Positions 1 to 9,824 of a stretch of DNA of 64,000 nt are shown in pieces. A program made the position numbers and the translations under genes. Location: the NCBI GenBank assembly GCA_963828225.1, contig CAWHDX010000006.1, positions 125,318-189,317 of the forward strand, read 5' to 3'. The notes under the pieces were generated by a model that was not told where the DNA came from, did no database searches, and saw only the letters and a list, made by a program, of their open reading frames with translations. The DNA comes from an uncultured Thermoleophilaceae bacterium. Lineage in GTDB: Bacteria; Actinomycetota; Thermoleophilia; Solirubrobacterales; Thermoleophilaceae. Each line of letters opens with the position of its first letter. Positions within the stretch are counted from its first letter, which is position 1.

Positions 1-1016
1 GCCCGGCCGCTCTCGCCCGCCCGGCCGGTGCGCCCGATGCGGTGCACGTAGACGTCCGGCGAGTTGGGGATGTCGTAGTTGACGACATGGCTGACACCGG
101 TGATGTCGAGCCCGCGCGCGGCGACGTCGGTCGCCACCAGCAGCCGCTCGCGACCGCCCTTGAACGCGATCATCACGCCGTCGCGCTGGCCCTGCGACAT
201 GTCGCCGTGCAGCGCCTTGACGCGCACCCCGGCGTCGCCGAGCCGGCGCGCCAGGCGATCCACGCCGATCTTGGTGCGGGCGAAGACGATCGCCTGCTCG
301 GGGCGCTCCTGCTTCAGCACGTCGACGAGCGCCTCGGGCTTCCCGCGGTCGTCCACCTCGACGTAGAAGTGCTCGACCGTGTCGATCGTGAGCGTCGCCG
401 CGCGCACCTTGATCTCCACCGGGTCGTGCATGAACTGCTCGGCGAGGCGGCGGATCTCCGTGGGGACGGTTGCGCTGAAGAGCGCGGTCTGGCGGCCCAT
501 CGGGGCGCGCCGCAGGATCGCCTCCACGTCCTCGAGGAAGCCAAGGTCGAGCATCTCGTCGGCCTCGTCGAGCACCACGTAGCGGGCCTCGTCGAGGTAC
601 AGGTGGTGGCGGTTGATCATGTCCATGACACGGCCCACCGTGCCGACCGCCACGTGCGCCTCCTTGAGCCGAGCCGCCTGGTCGCGGATCGGCGCTCCGC
701 CGAAGACGGCCACCACCTGGACGCCGCTCGGGTCGCCGTAGGCGCGCAGCGCCTGGGTGACCTGGATGCAGAGCTCGCGCGTCGGAGTCAGCACAAGCGC
801 CTGGATGGCGGTGTGCTCCGGATCGACGTACTCGACCATCGGCAGCCCGAAGGCCGCGGTCTTGCCCGTGCCCGTCTGCGCCTGGCCGATCACGTCGCTG
901 CCGGCGAGCAGCGGCGGGATGGCCTGCTCCTGGATCGGAGTCGGGCGCTCGTACCCGAGATGGGTGAGCGCTTCCACGGTGACCTCGGAGAGACCCAGTT
1001 CGGCGAACGTCGGCAT
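1..1016 (-). CDS. DEAD-box ATP-dependent RNA helicase; C-terminal end lies beyond the window start
   Basis: Reverse-strand translation from ATG (complement of 1014-1016): MPTFAELGLSEVTVEAL...AQTGTGKTAAF...VLDEADEMLDLGF...SATVP...HRIGRTGRAGESGR. Absent from the ORF track because it is open at the window edge. Confidence 0.9.
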   Translation of the reverse strand, partial: MPTFAELGLSEVTVEALTHLGYERPTPIQEQAIPPLLAGSDVIGQAQTGTGKTAAFGLPMVEYVDPEHTAIQALVLTPTRELCIQVTQALRAYGDPSGVQVVAVFGGAPIRDQAARLKEAHVAVGTVGRVMDMINRHHLYLDEARYVVLDEADEMLDLGFLEDVEAILRRAPMGRQTALFSATVPTEIRRLAEQFMHDPVEIKVRAATLTIDTVEHFYVEVDDRGKPEALVDVLKQERPEQAIVFARTKIGVDRLARRLGDAGVRVKALHGDMSQGQRDGVMIAFKGGRERLLVATDVAARGLDITGVSHVVNYDIPNSPDVYVHRIGRTGRAGESGR

Positions 1017-1037
1017 GCGGCGGTTGAGGGTACTCGC

Positions 1038-1922
1038 TCAGCTGCGACGCGCGACGGACACCGAGTAAGCAGGGCCCCGGAAGCGCAGAATGGCGTCGTC
1101 GGACATCTCGATCCCGTCCACCACGCGCGTCGGATCGAAGACCAGCACGTCGCCGCCGCGCTCGCGCTCGAGCTCGGGCCCGTCGAGGACGAGACGGCCG
1201 ACCTCGACGCGCTCGCGCTCCTCGGGCCAGGCGACGGTCGGGTCGTCGACCGCGTCCTCCGGGCCCGCGACGATCACGATCAGCCGGAACGCCGTCTCGC
1301 CGCGCGCCAGGATGTCCTGCTGCAGGTAGTCCGCGCCGAGGGCCTTGGCGTCCTCGCCCGACAGCGTCCGCTCGCCGGCCTCGGGCTCCCAGCGGTAGCG
1401 CACGAAGCGCGACTCGCCGTCCGGCCCGGTCCAGCGGAACGAGTGGATCGAGTTGAACGTGCAGTTGGCGTACGAGGCGGGCGGATCCGCTCCCAGCGCG
1501 GCCTGGATCGCCGTCAGCGCCTCCGGATGGGCGCCGAGCCAGTCCGGCATCAGCCGCTCCGGATCGAGTCGTGCCTTGGTGAAGGAGAGGAAGTCCTCCG
1601 GCGTGCGCACGAAGAAGCACGGCAGCGAGAGCGACACGATGTCGGTCTTGGCGCCCTCGGGGAGGTAGATCTTGACCGCCAGGCCGCGGCCCTCGCGGGC
1701 GTAGTCGGGGATGCCGGGGTCGCCGCCCCCGTTCGAGAGGCGGGCGGTTACGCGCAGCGCGTCGCCCTGCATGTGGGGCGCGGTCGTCAGCGCCGCGCCG
1801 GCGCCGTTGGGCGCAAAGCTGCCCGAGAGCAGCGTGCCCTTCGCGTGGGCCGCCCGGTGGCCGGGATGGACGCCCGAGATCTCGTTGATGGCATCGACGA
1901 TCTCCTCCGCGAGCGTGCTCAT
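1038..1922 (-). CDS. small catalase-related haem protein (catalase-family peroxidase)
   Basis: 294-aa ORF with GHRAAHAKG, FFVRTPEDF and SRFVRYRWEP segments typical of the about 300-aa catalase-core-only family. Confidence 0.8.
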   Translation of the reverse strand: MSTLAEEIVDAINEISGVHPGHRAAHAKGTLLSGSFAPNGAGAALTTAPHMQGDALRVTARLSNGGGDPGIPDYAREGRGLAVKIYLPEGAKTDIVSLSLPCFFVRTPEDFLSFTKARLDPERLMPDWLGAHPEALTAIQAALGADPPASYANCTFNSIHSFRWTGPDGESRFVRYRWEPEAGERTLSGEDAKALGADYLQQDILARGETAFRLIVIVAGPEDAVDDPTVAWPEERERVEVGRLVLDGPELERERGGDVLVFDPTRVVDGIEMSDDAILRFRGPAYSVSVARRS

Positions 1923-2058
1923 GGGCTGACACTAAGCGACGGGCGCCCCGCGATGGAGCGCCCGTGCTGCCTCACCCGTGCGAGAGCCTGTGTGCCCCCG
2001 CGATGCTGGGACCACGTCCCGGCTGCTGATACACCGCGATTGTAACTTCGGTTACGAG

Positions 2059-2826
2059 TCAGCGCGACTCTGCGATCGCGCGGATGACCGCCTCGTAGAA
2101 CCCCTCGCTCATCGCGGCCTCGGTCCGCTCCGCGCCCGGCGCCTCCATGACCTCGGCGTTGGCCACCAGGAAGAAGCGCCCGACCACCTCGGCCACGTCG
2201 AGGTCCTCGCGCGAGTCGCCCACGCCGATGCACTCCTCGCGCTCGTACCCGCGCGCGCGCATGTGCGCGGCCACGGCCGCCGCTTTGGACGACACGGCCG
2301 GGATCAGGTGGTAGGCATGCAGGCCGCCCTCGATGCCGCCGTTGTCGACCAGCCGCACCACCTCGTGCCCCTCCGCCGCCAGCAGGTCGTTCGCCTCGCC
2401 CACGTCGATCAGGCCGCGAAACAGGTGCGACACCTCGCGGCCGCGGTGCCAGGGCGAGTGCGGCTCCAGGCGACCGGCGTAGAGCTCCAGCAGCAGCCCC
2501 GGGGCGCCCAGCTGCTCGATCTGAGCGTGGATGCTCGCGTCCTCGCGCGGCTGCAGGTCGCCGGTCAGGAAGGTCAGCTCCCCGTCCACCACCAAGCCGC
2601 TGCCGACCTCGAAGATGTACGAGCTCTGGCCCATCAGGCGCGCGTCCTCCATCACCTGCGCGCGCCGCCGGCCCGACTTGATGACCACCTCGGCGCCGGC
2701 GCGGTGGCAGGCCTCGAGCGCGCGCGCCGCCAGCAGCGTGAAGTCGCCCTCGGCGGTGCGGAACAGCGACGCGCCCTGGCCGAGCAGGGTCCCGTCGAGG
2801 TCGGTGTAGACGCACCTGATGGCCAC
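2059..2826 (-). CDS. HAD-superfamily phosphatase, mannosyl/glucosyl-3-phosphoglycerate phosphatase-like
   Basis: GTG at 2826 shares one base with the gpgS stop (TAGTG). It has YTDLDGTLLG (HAD motif I) and GVGDSREDLDV (motif IV). The upstream part of track ORF 2059..3306 belongs to gpgS. Confidence 0.75.
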   Translation of the reverse strand: MAIRCVYTDLDGTLLGQGASLFRTAEGDFTLLAARALEACHRAGAEVVIKSGRRRAQVMEDARLMGQSSYIFEVGSGLVVDGELTFLTGDLQPREDASIHAQIEQLGAPGLLLELYAGRLEPHSPWHRGREVSHLFRGLIDVGEANDLLAAEGHEVVRLVDNGGIEGGLHAYHLIPAVSSKAAAVAAHMRARGYEREECIGVGDSREDLDVAEVVGRFFLVANAEVMEAPGAERTEAAMSEGFYEAVIRAIAESR

Positions 2827-3721
2827 TAGGCGCGAGCCCGCAGGGTCGCGTAGGGCGGGCGCTCGACGAGCTCCACCTCGATCAGCCTCCCGTCGGCGGT
2901 CCGCAGCGGCGGCACGCCGTCGTCGAGCAGGCGCCCCTCGGCGTGCAGGCGATCGAGGATCACGCGCAGCACCGTGTACGCCATCGGCGCGAGCGCCGTC
3001 AGCGGCTGGTGGTGGTTGCGGCGCTCCTCCAGGTCCACCTGCGCGATGCCCTCGCGTCCCGCCCAGCGCGTCGCGGACGTGCAGCAGCATCGAGGTCTCG
3101 ACCGCGTAGCCGGTGGCGAACGGCAGCTCGTCGAGCAGCTCGCGCCGAGCGGCGACCTCGCCGGCCAGCGGCTGAGCCAGCGCGGCGAGCTCGGGATAGA
3201 AGGCCGACAGCAGCGGCCGTGCGGTCAGCTCGGTCACGCGGCCGCCGTCTGCCGGCCGCGCCTCGCCCTCGACGGCCGCGAACGGACGGCGGAAGTGGCC
3301 CTTCACGAAGCGCGACCTCGTCCTCGGCGCAGATCAGCGGGCCCAGCAGCCCGGTGGCGAAGTGGGACGAGAAGTCGCGCGTGTCGGAGTCGAGGTAGAC
3401 GATCAGCTCGCCGCGGGCCGCGGACAGAGCGCGCCACATCGCGTCGCCCTTCCCCAGCACCGCGCCGAAGCCGGGCAGCAGCGCGGCTTCCTGGTGGACC
3501 TCGGCGCCGAGCGAGGCGGCGATCTCGGCGGTCCCGTCGGCGGATTGCGCGTCGACCACGAGCACCTGGTCGATCAGCCCGTCGAGCGCGAGCAGGCGCT
3601 CCACGATCGGCCCGATCGTGTCGGCCACGGCGCGCGTGGGCAGCACCACCGTGATCGGCTCGCGCTTGCGCTCGAGCAGCAGCTCGAGCGGGAACTGCGA
3701 GTGATGGAGGGAGCGGATCAA
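2826..3721 (-). pseudogene. gpgS: glucosyl-3-phosphoglycerate synthase (GT81), frame broken near 3048 and 3307
   Basis: Three collinear pieces in three frames. They read [13 protein letters not shown]...VVLPTR...VVDAQSADGT...YLDSD, then VKGHFRRPF...GGRVTELTARPLL...PFATGYAVE, then IAQVDLEERRNHHQPL...ATLRARA*. Each junction is one extra base. Confidence 0.75.
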
Positions 3722-3743
3722 GGCGCTCGTACTATGGCAAGCC

Positions 3744-6015
3744 GTGGCCCGTGTCCAGACGCCCTATCCGTGGGATCCCGTGCTCGAGAACGCGGCCGAG
3801 GGCGAGGTCGTCGCGGTGGCGCGCGAGACCGCGCGGGCGGGCGTCACGACGCCGCTGCCGGAGGACCTCCACCCCGCCCTCGCCGACTCGCTCGCGGCGG
3901 CCGGGATCGAGGTGCTCTGGTCGCACCAGGCGGACGCGCTCGAGGCCGCACGGCGCGGCCACGCGATCGTCACGACCGGCACCGCGAGCGGCAAGTCGCT
4001 CGCCTTCAACCTGCCGGTGCTGGACACGCTCGCGGGCGATCCGTCGGCGCGCGCGTTCTACCTCTACCCGACCAAGGCGCTCGCCCAGGACCAGGCGCGC
4101 AAGCTGAGCGAGCTCGGGGGGCGCTGGCTGCGCCACGCGATCTACGACGGCGACACGCCGCGCGAGGAGCGGCGCGCGATCCGCGGGCGCTCGAACCTGA
4201 TCCTCACGAACCCCGACATGCTCCACGTGGGGGTGCTGCCCAACCACCGCGCCTGGGGCGACGTGCTGGCGAACCTCGCCTGGATCGTGGTCGACGAGGC
4301 GCACGTCTACCGCGGCGTCTTCGGCTCGCACGTGGCCAACGTGCTGCGCCGGCTGCGGCGCCTTGCGCGCGCCTACGGCGCCGAGCCGCGCTTCGTCCTG
4401 ACCAGCGCCACGATCGCCAACCCGCGCCAGCTCGCGGAGAGCCTCACCGGGCTCGAGATGCTGCTCGTCGACCGCGACGGCGCGCCGCACGCCGAGCGAC
4501 AGGTGGTGATGTGGAACCCGCCGCTCGGTGGACGAGCAGCTCGGCAAGCGCGCCTCCGCGCTAGGCGAGGCCGCCAAGCTGCTCGCGGAGCTGGTGTCGC
4601 GCGACGTGCGCACGATCTGCTTCCTCAAGTCGCGCCGCGGCGTCGAGCTGATCCAGCGCTTCGCGCGGCTGCGGCTGGAGGACATGGGCCGCCTCGACGC
4701 CGCCGAGCGGATCGCGCCCTATCGCGCCGGCTACACGCCCACGCAGCGACGCGACATCGAGCGCCGGCTGGCCGAGGGCGACCTGCTGGCGGTCGTGGCT
4801 ACCGACGCCCTCGAGCTCGGCATCGACGTCGGCGAGCTCGACGCGGCGATCTGCGTGACGTTCCCCGGCACCGTCGCGAGCCTGCGCCAGATGTGGGGCC
4901 GCGCCGGACGCCGCGACGCCGGGCTCGCGATGTACGTGGCGGGCGAGGACGCGCTCGACCAGTTCTTCTGCCGCCACCCCGACGAGTTCCTCGAGCGCCC
5001 GGTGGAGCGAGCGATCCTCGACCACGAGTCGGAGGAGATCCACCTCGCGCATCTGACCGCGGCGGCCTACGAGCTGCCGCTGACGCCCGAGGACGAGGAC
5101 GTGTTCGGCGAGCACTGGGAGCGGAACGCCAAGCGCCTCGTCAAGCAGGGCCGCCTGCGCGAGCGCGGTGGGCGCTACCTGCCGCGCGGCCCGGGCTACC
5201 CGGCCGCCGAGATCGCGCTGCGGTCGGCATCGCCGGACTCGGTGGCGATCGTGGAGGCGGTCGGCGGCGAGGTGATCGGCACGGTCGAGGCGGCGCGGGC
5301 GCACTCGGCGGTGCACCACGGCGCGGTGTACCTGCACATGGGCGTCCCCTACGAGGTCGAGGACCTGGACCTGGCGCAGCGGCGCGCGCTCGTGCGGCCG
5401 TTCGAGGGCGACTGGTACACGCAACCCAAGCGCGAGTCAGAGACCTGGATCGAGCAGGTGCGCGAGCGCCGGGACTCCTGCGGGGTGGTGCTGTCGTTCG
5501 GGATCGTGTCGGTGACCGAGCAGGTCGTCGCCTACCAGAAGAAGCGCGTCAGCGACCACGCCGTGATCGACCTGCTCGCGCTCGACATGCCCGAGCAGGA
5601 ATTCGTGACCCAGGCGCTCTGGTACGAGCTGCCGGACGAGCTGTTGCGCGAGGAGTTCCCGCTCGACGTGCTCCAGGGCTCGCTGCACGCGGCCGAGCAC
5701 GGGCAGATCGCGGTGCTCCCGCTGATCGCCATGTGCGACCGCTGGGACATCGGCGGCCTGTCGACCGCCTTCCACCGCCAGACCGGACGCTCGACGATCT
5801 TCATCTACGACGGCCACCCGGGCGGCGTGGGCATCACGCGGGTCGGCTACGAGCGATTCGAGTCGCTCGTCGACGACGCCCTGCGGCTGATCTCGGAGTG
5901 CCGCTGCCGCGCCGGCTGCCCCTCGTGCGTGCAGTCGCCCAAGTGCGGCAACCTCAACGAGCCGCTCAACAAGCGCGGCGCGGTCGAGCTGCTCAGCCGG
6001 ATGGCGTCGCGCTAG
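3744..6015 (+). pseudogene. DEAD/DEAH-box helicase with C-terminal DUF1998 Zn module (MrfA/SftH type), one frame break near 4527
   Basis: N-terminal part has [12 protein letters not shown] and VVDEAH. After ...MWNPPL the sense continues in ORF 4528..6015 ([10 protein letters not shown]...), which ends in [18 protein letters not shown]. An extra G sits in CCGCTCGGTGGAC. Confidence 0.85.
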
Positions 6016-6548
6016 TGGGCGTCGGTACCGGCAAGGTGGTAGTGAACAGGGCGATGTCGCTGGACGGCTTCATCGCCGGTCCTGGCCACGCGATGGACTG
6101 GATCTTCGAATACCTGACTGCGGACGCGTTCCCGGAGGTGATGGCGGCCACGGGCGCCATGCTCATCGGCCGGGGCACGTACGAGGTCGGCAAGCGTATG
6201 GCCGATCAGGACACCACCTACGAAGGGGGAGCACGGTTCGTCCTCACCCACGAGCCTCCCGACGAGCCGGACCCCACCGTCACATTCCTCACCTGTGGCC
6301 CTGAGGAAGCCGTTGTCACGGCACGCAGCGCCGCGGGCGACAAGAACCTGGAGATCCTCGGTGCCGACGTGGCCGCTCAGTGCCTGCAGCGCGGGCTCGT
6401 CGACGAGATCTTGGTGTATGTCCTACCGGTGCTGCTCGGCGATGGCGTTCGCTTCTCGCCCCCAAGCCTCGACCGGATCGACCTGGAACCTCTCGGCAAC
6501 ACCCAGTCGGGCGCCGTCACGATGCTCCGCTTCCGCGTGCGAAAGTAG
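6015..6548 (+). CDS. dihydrofolate-reductase-family protein (RibD C-terminal domain type)
   Basis: GTG shares one base with the helicase stop (TAGTG). Sequence [19 protein letters not shown]...LIGRGTYE...[29 protein letters not shown]. Confidence 0.8.
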   Translation: MGVGTGKVVVNRAMSLDGFIAGPGHAMDWIFEYLTADAFPEVMAATGAMLIGRGTYEVGKRMADQDTTYEGGARFVLTHEPPDEPDPTVTFLTCGPEEAVVTARSAAGDKNLEILGADVAAQCLQRGLVDEILVYVLPVLLGDGVRFSPPSLDRIDLEPLGNTQSGAVTMLRFRVRK

Positions 6549-6556
6549 GCGCGCGT

Positions 6557-7048
6557 TCAGGACGGCGCGCCAGCCATCCCGCGCGCCGCGGCCTCGATCA
6601 CCGAGCGCCGGTTCTTGTGCCCGGGCTCGTACAGGCTCACGGCCGCGGCCGCCGCGGGCGAGCCGGCGCGCAGCCGGTCGATGACGTCGGCGGCGCGCAT
6701 GCGGTCGTAGCCCGGCCACGGCTCCTCGACGCTGATCTCCGCGCCGGCGCCGTCCTCGGCGCCCTGCTCGGCGACCTCGGCGACCAGCACCGGCTCCTCG
6801 CTCACGTGCTCGGGCTCGGGCGGGTCCGGCATCAGGCCGGGATCCGGCTGCGGGGCGGAAGCGCGGCGCGGCGGAGGCGGCGGCGGCTGCGGCTGGCGCT
6901 CGAATCGCGGTCGCGGCGGGACGCGCACCGGTGTCTCCGCCGGCCCGTCGCCGCCCAGGCCGACGATCCCGGCGGCGCGCTTCGCGACTCCCATGCCGAG
7001 GTCGAGCGGGATCCGGATCAGGGCTTGGGGCAGACGGAGGAGGCGCAT
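6557..7048 (-). CDS. hypothetical Pro-rich protein with conserved C-terminal PWPGYD...YE..HKNR motif
   Basis: ORF 6557..7222; ATG at 7048 chosen as start and the true start is uncertain. No family assignment. Confidence 0.45.
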   Translation of the reverse strand: MRLLRLPQALIRIPLDLGMGVAKRAAGIVGLGGDGPAETPVRVPPRPRFERQPQPPPPPPRRASAPQPDPGLMPDPPEPEHVSEEPVLVAEVAEQGAEDGAGAEISVEEPWPGYDRMRAADVIDRLRAGSPAAAAAVSLYEPGHKNRRSVIEAAARGMAGAPS

Positions 7049-7268
7049 GGCTTTCGCGCTACCCGCCCACTCGCGGACGAAACGGGGCGCCCTGCTGAAA
7101 GTTCGGTTGCGCCGGATCAGACGGCCGCCGGCGCGGCCGATGCGAAGAGGGCGATGCGACTTCGCCCCCCGGGGCCTCGCCGTAGCCGCGGCCGTGCCAG
7201 CAGCATTGGGGCCGCCTGGCACGGGCGTGCGCTCGGCGAGGCCGGGGGCGATGCCGCACCGCGCCGCC

Positions 7269-8761
7269 TCAGTCGAAGGTCAGCTTGAACTTGCCCTTGA
7301 GACCGTCGGTGGCCGTGGTCACCGATCCGCGCAGCTCCCCGAACGGGCGCGCGAACACCGGCACCAACGCGGCTGGGATGCCGAACTGCGGCGCCAGCTG
7401 CGCCAGCACCTGACGGGCGATGCCCTCGGCGTCGGCGCGCACCACGAGCGAGCCCGCGGCGTCCTCGACCGGCGCCGGCTGGGCGGCGGCCATCTGGGCG
7501 GCGCGCGCTGCGCGTCGGTGGCGACCACGAACGCGTCGTTGCGGATGCCGAAGACGAAGCCGCCGCCGTCGGAGGAGGTCAGCTCGTAGAGGTCGCCGCG
7601 CCGACGGACGTCGCCGAGGCCGAGGTCCGGCAGTGCCTTCACCACCTTCGCGAAGGTGGCCGAGAAGGCCGCCGGGTCCTTGAGCTCCGCGCGCGCGCCG
7701 AACTCGCCCTCGAGCGTGACCGAGACGGACACGTCGGTCAGCTGGTCGACCACGTCGCGCTGCACGTCGATGTCGAGCTGGCTCTCGATCGCGCGCTTGC
7801 CCTGCTCGTAGTCGCCGGAGGTGTCGGGATCGACCGCCTGGAGGGCGGACTCGAAGAACGCGAACAGCTGACTGGGGTCGCGCAGCCCCACGCCGATCTC
7901 CTTCGGACGCTGCACCACCTCGGCGGCCTCGTCGCCGGTGGCGAGCGGCAGGTCGTCCTCGGTCAGGTCGTCGCCCTCGGTGCGCGCGTTGAACTCGACG
8001 TCGATCGAGCTCTTGGTCGCGGAGAGGGTCAGGCCGAGCGTGCTCAGCGCGTCGACCCACTCGATCTTGCGCGCGTCCGCGGCGCCCTCGCTCTGCGTCA
8101 GCAATGCGCCGACGTCCACGTAGAGCCGGGCGAGAGCGTCGTCAGGCAGGCCCTCGAGGCCCGCCTCGAAGTCGTCCTCGGAGAGGCTGTCGCCGCCGTC
8201 GGCGCGCTTGAGCGCCGCCTCGAGCAGGTCGCGAGAGCCGGCGAGGACGATGACGTCGTCGGCTACCGCGAAGTAGGTGTCGCCGTCCTGGTAGACGGTC
8301 GCGCCGGCCACCTCGCCGAGGTCCTTGGGCTTCGTGCGGTCGACCAGCTTGTCGAGCGCATCCTTGTCGGAGGCCTGCAGCGCGGCCACGAACCCGGCCT
8401 CGCCGGAGTCCGACAGGAACGAACCGACGTCGGCGGCGCTGACGACGGCGGGGTTGCCGAGCAGCGGCTTGATGTCGCGGTCGAACTCGATGCCCTCGTG
8501 GCCGAACGACAGCTGCGACTTGAGCAGCGCCTTGATCGTGTCGGCGCCCGGGAAGCGGTTGAGGATGGCGTCGAGCGACTTGTACTGCTCGCCGTCCAGA
8601 TCGGTGTCGACCTCGACGGCGAAGGGCGTGTCGGCCGGAACGTACGAGAGGACGGTGCCGAGTCCGCTCGAGCTCTCGTCGTCGCCGCCACAGCCGGTGG
8701 CGGCGACCGCGAAGGCGCCCACGCAGGCGAGCAGGGCGACCAGAAAGCGCAGCTTCGTCAT
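7269..8761 (-). pseudogene. DUF3352-type secreted lipoprotein, frame break near 7503
   Basis: Lipobox LVALLACVGAFAVAATGCGG. The body is ORF 7319..8761. After ...FVVATDAQRA the sense continues in the 7269..8060 frame (AQMAAAQPAPVED...KGKFKLTFD*). Confidence 0.75.
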
Positions 8762-8777
8762 AACGGCGCGAGTCTAG

Positions 8778-9206
8778 CTAGCCGTCGTCGCGCTCCCGCT
8801 GGTCGCCTACCTGCTCGACGAGGTCGTCGAGCGCCGCCTCGGGGTCCGCAACGCCTTCGTCGTGGAGGGCGGCCTCGACCGTCGGCGCGGGCTTCTCCTT
8901 CGAGTTCGTGAGAATGAACGCGCTGGCGATGACGACCGCCGCGAAGACGCCGTGCAGCGCCATCGCGGCGACCAGCAGCAGCCAATTGTCGAGCGCCAGC
9001 GACGCCACGACGCCCACCAGCAGCAGCACGGCGCCGACGATGAGCAGCAGCAGCCGGGACGTCGGCATCGCGGCGCCGATGCCGCCGGAGCGGCGACCGA
9101 GCGCCCGCTCGACGTCGAGATCGGCGCCCTTCACCGCCTCGTCGCCGACCACCTCGCGCAGCTCGCCGACGAGCAGCTCGCGACTGCGCTCCGTCTGCTC
9201 GCTCAT
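8778..9206 (-). CDS. small membrane protein (two predicted TM helices)
   Basis: ATG at 9206 is preceded by GAGGAGGGG. Hydrophobic stretches LLLLIVGAVLLLVGVVASLAL and LLLVAAMALHGVFAAVVIASAFIL. Confidence 0.6.
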   Translation of the reverse strand: MSEQTERSRELLVGELREVVGDEAVKGADLDVERALGRRSGGIGAAMPTSRLLLLIVGAVLLLVGVVASLALDNWLLLVAAMALHGVFAAVVIASAFILTNSKEKPAPTVEAALHDEGVADPEAALDDLVEQVGDQRERDDG

Positions 9207-9498
9207 CGACCGCCCCTCCTCTGGCGCGGCAAGTAGAGCGCGCAGCCGCGGTGGTAGCGCGAGCCGCGCAACGGGTAGCGTCGTCGTCGCGGATCGGGCG
9301 GCCGCAGGCGGGGCAGCCGGGCGCCTTGGAACGGGCGCCAAGCGTGCGCATCGCGGCCCGGACCCTGAAATCGAGATTGGTGCCCAACGAAAGCCTCCTG
9401 GATGTGGATTAGGAGGGTCCGTCGTGGGCTTCCCGTGCCGGGCTGCGCGCCGTCCCCGTCTGCGCTCTGCTGGTTCCCCGAGCCGGGGCGGGGCAAAC

Positions 9499-9811
9499 TC
9501 AGGCCAGCGGCGAAGGCGGGATGCGCGGCTGCCCCTGGACCGCCGTGATCCTCATCGCGACCTCGTCGATCACGCACCACGACCAATCCTCGCCCGGCTC
9601 GAATCGAGCGCATGATCGGGTGCTCGCTGGCGGAGGCGTGCCCGGAGGCGTGGCGCATCGGCGAGGAGTCGCAGCAGCCCACGTGGCCGCACTCGAGGCA
9701 GATGCGCAGGTGGAACCACTCGGTGCCCGCCGCGAGACAGTCCTCGCAGCCCTCCACGGACTCGGGCAGCTCCAGGAGCTGGACGTGGTCTAGGTGAGTG
9801 CAGTCGGCCAT
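9499..9811 (-). pseudogene. UBP-type zinc-finger protein, 1-nt frame break near 9604
   Basis: MADCTHLDHV...CEDCLAAG..WFHLRICLECGHVGCCDSSPMRHASGHASASEHPIMRS. Removing one base then gives FEPGEDWSWCVIDEVAM...PLA*. Confidence 0.8.
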
Positions 9812-9824
9812 GGGTTCCTCGCGA

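Noticed and set aside
42-2045. 667-aa plus-strand ORF, and many similar very long ORFs in the track (for example 55095..58097 minus at 1000 aa, 49862..52165 minus at 767 aa, 32788..34689 minus at 633 aa, 9798..11630 plus at 610 aa).
   Set aside because: They are Arg/Ala/Gly/Pro-rich with no recognisable motifs, and they lie antisense or off-frame to genes with clear family signatures. They are shadow ORFs expected in very GC-rich DNA.
3744-6015. Helicase with a DUF1998 module considered as a DISARM/Dnd-like defence component.
   Set aside because: The architecture (DEAD/DEAH core plus C-terminal four-Cys DUF1998 in one protein) matches the widespread MrfA/SftH repair helicase. No methyltransferase, PLD nuclease or other defence partners are adjacent.
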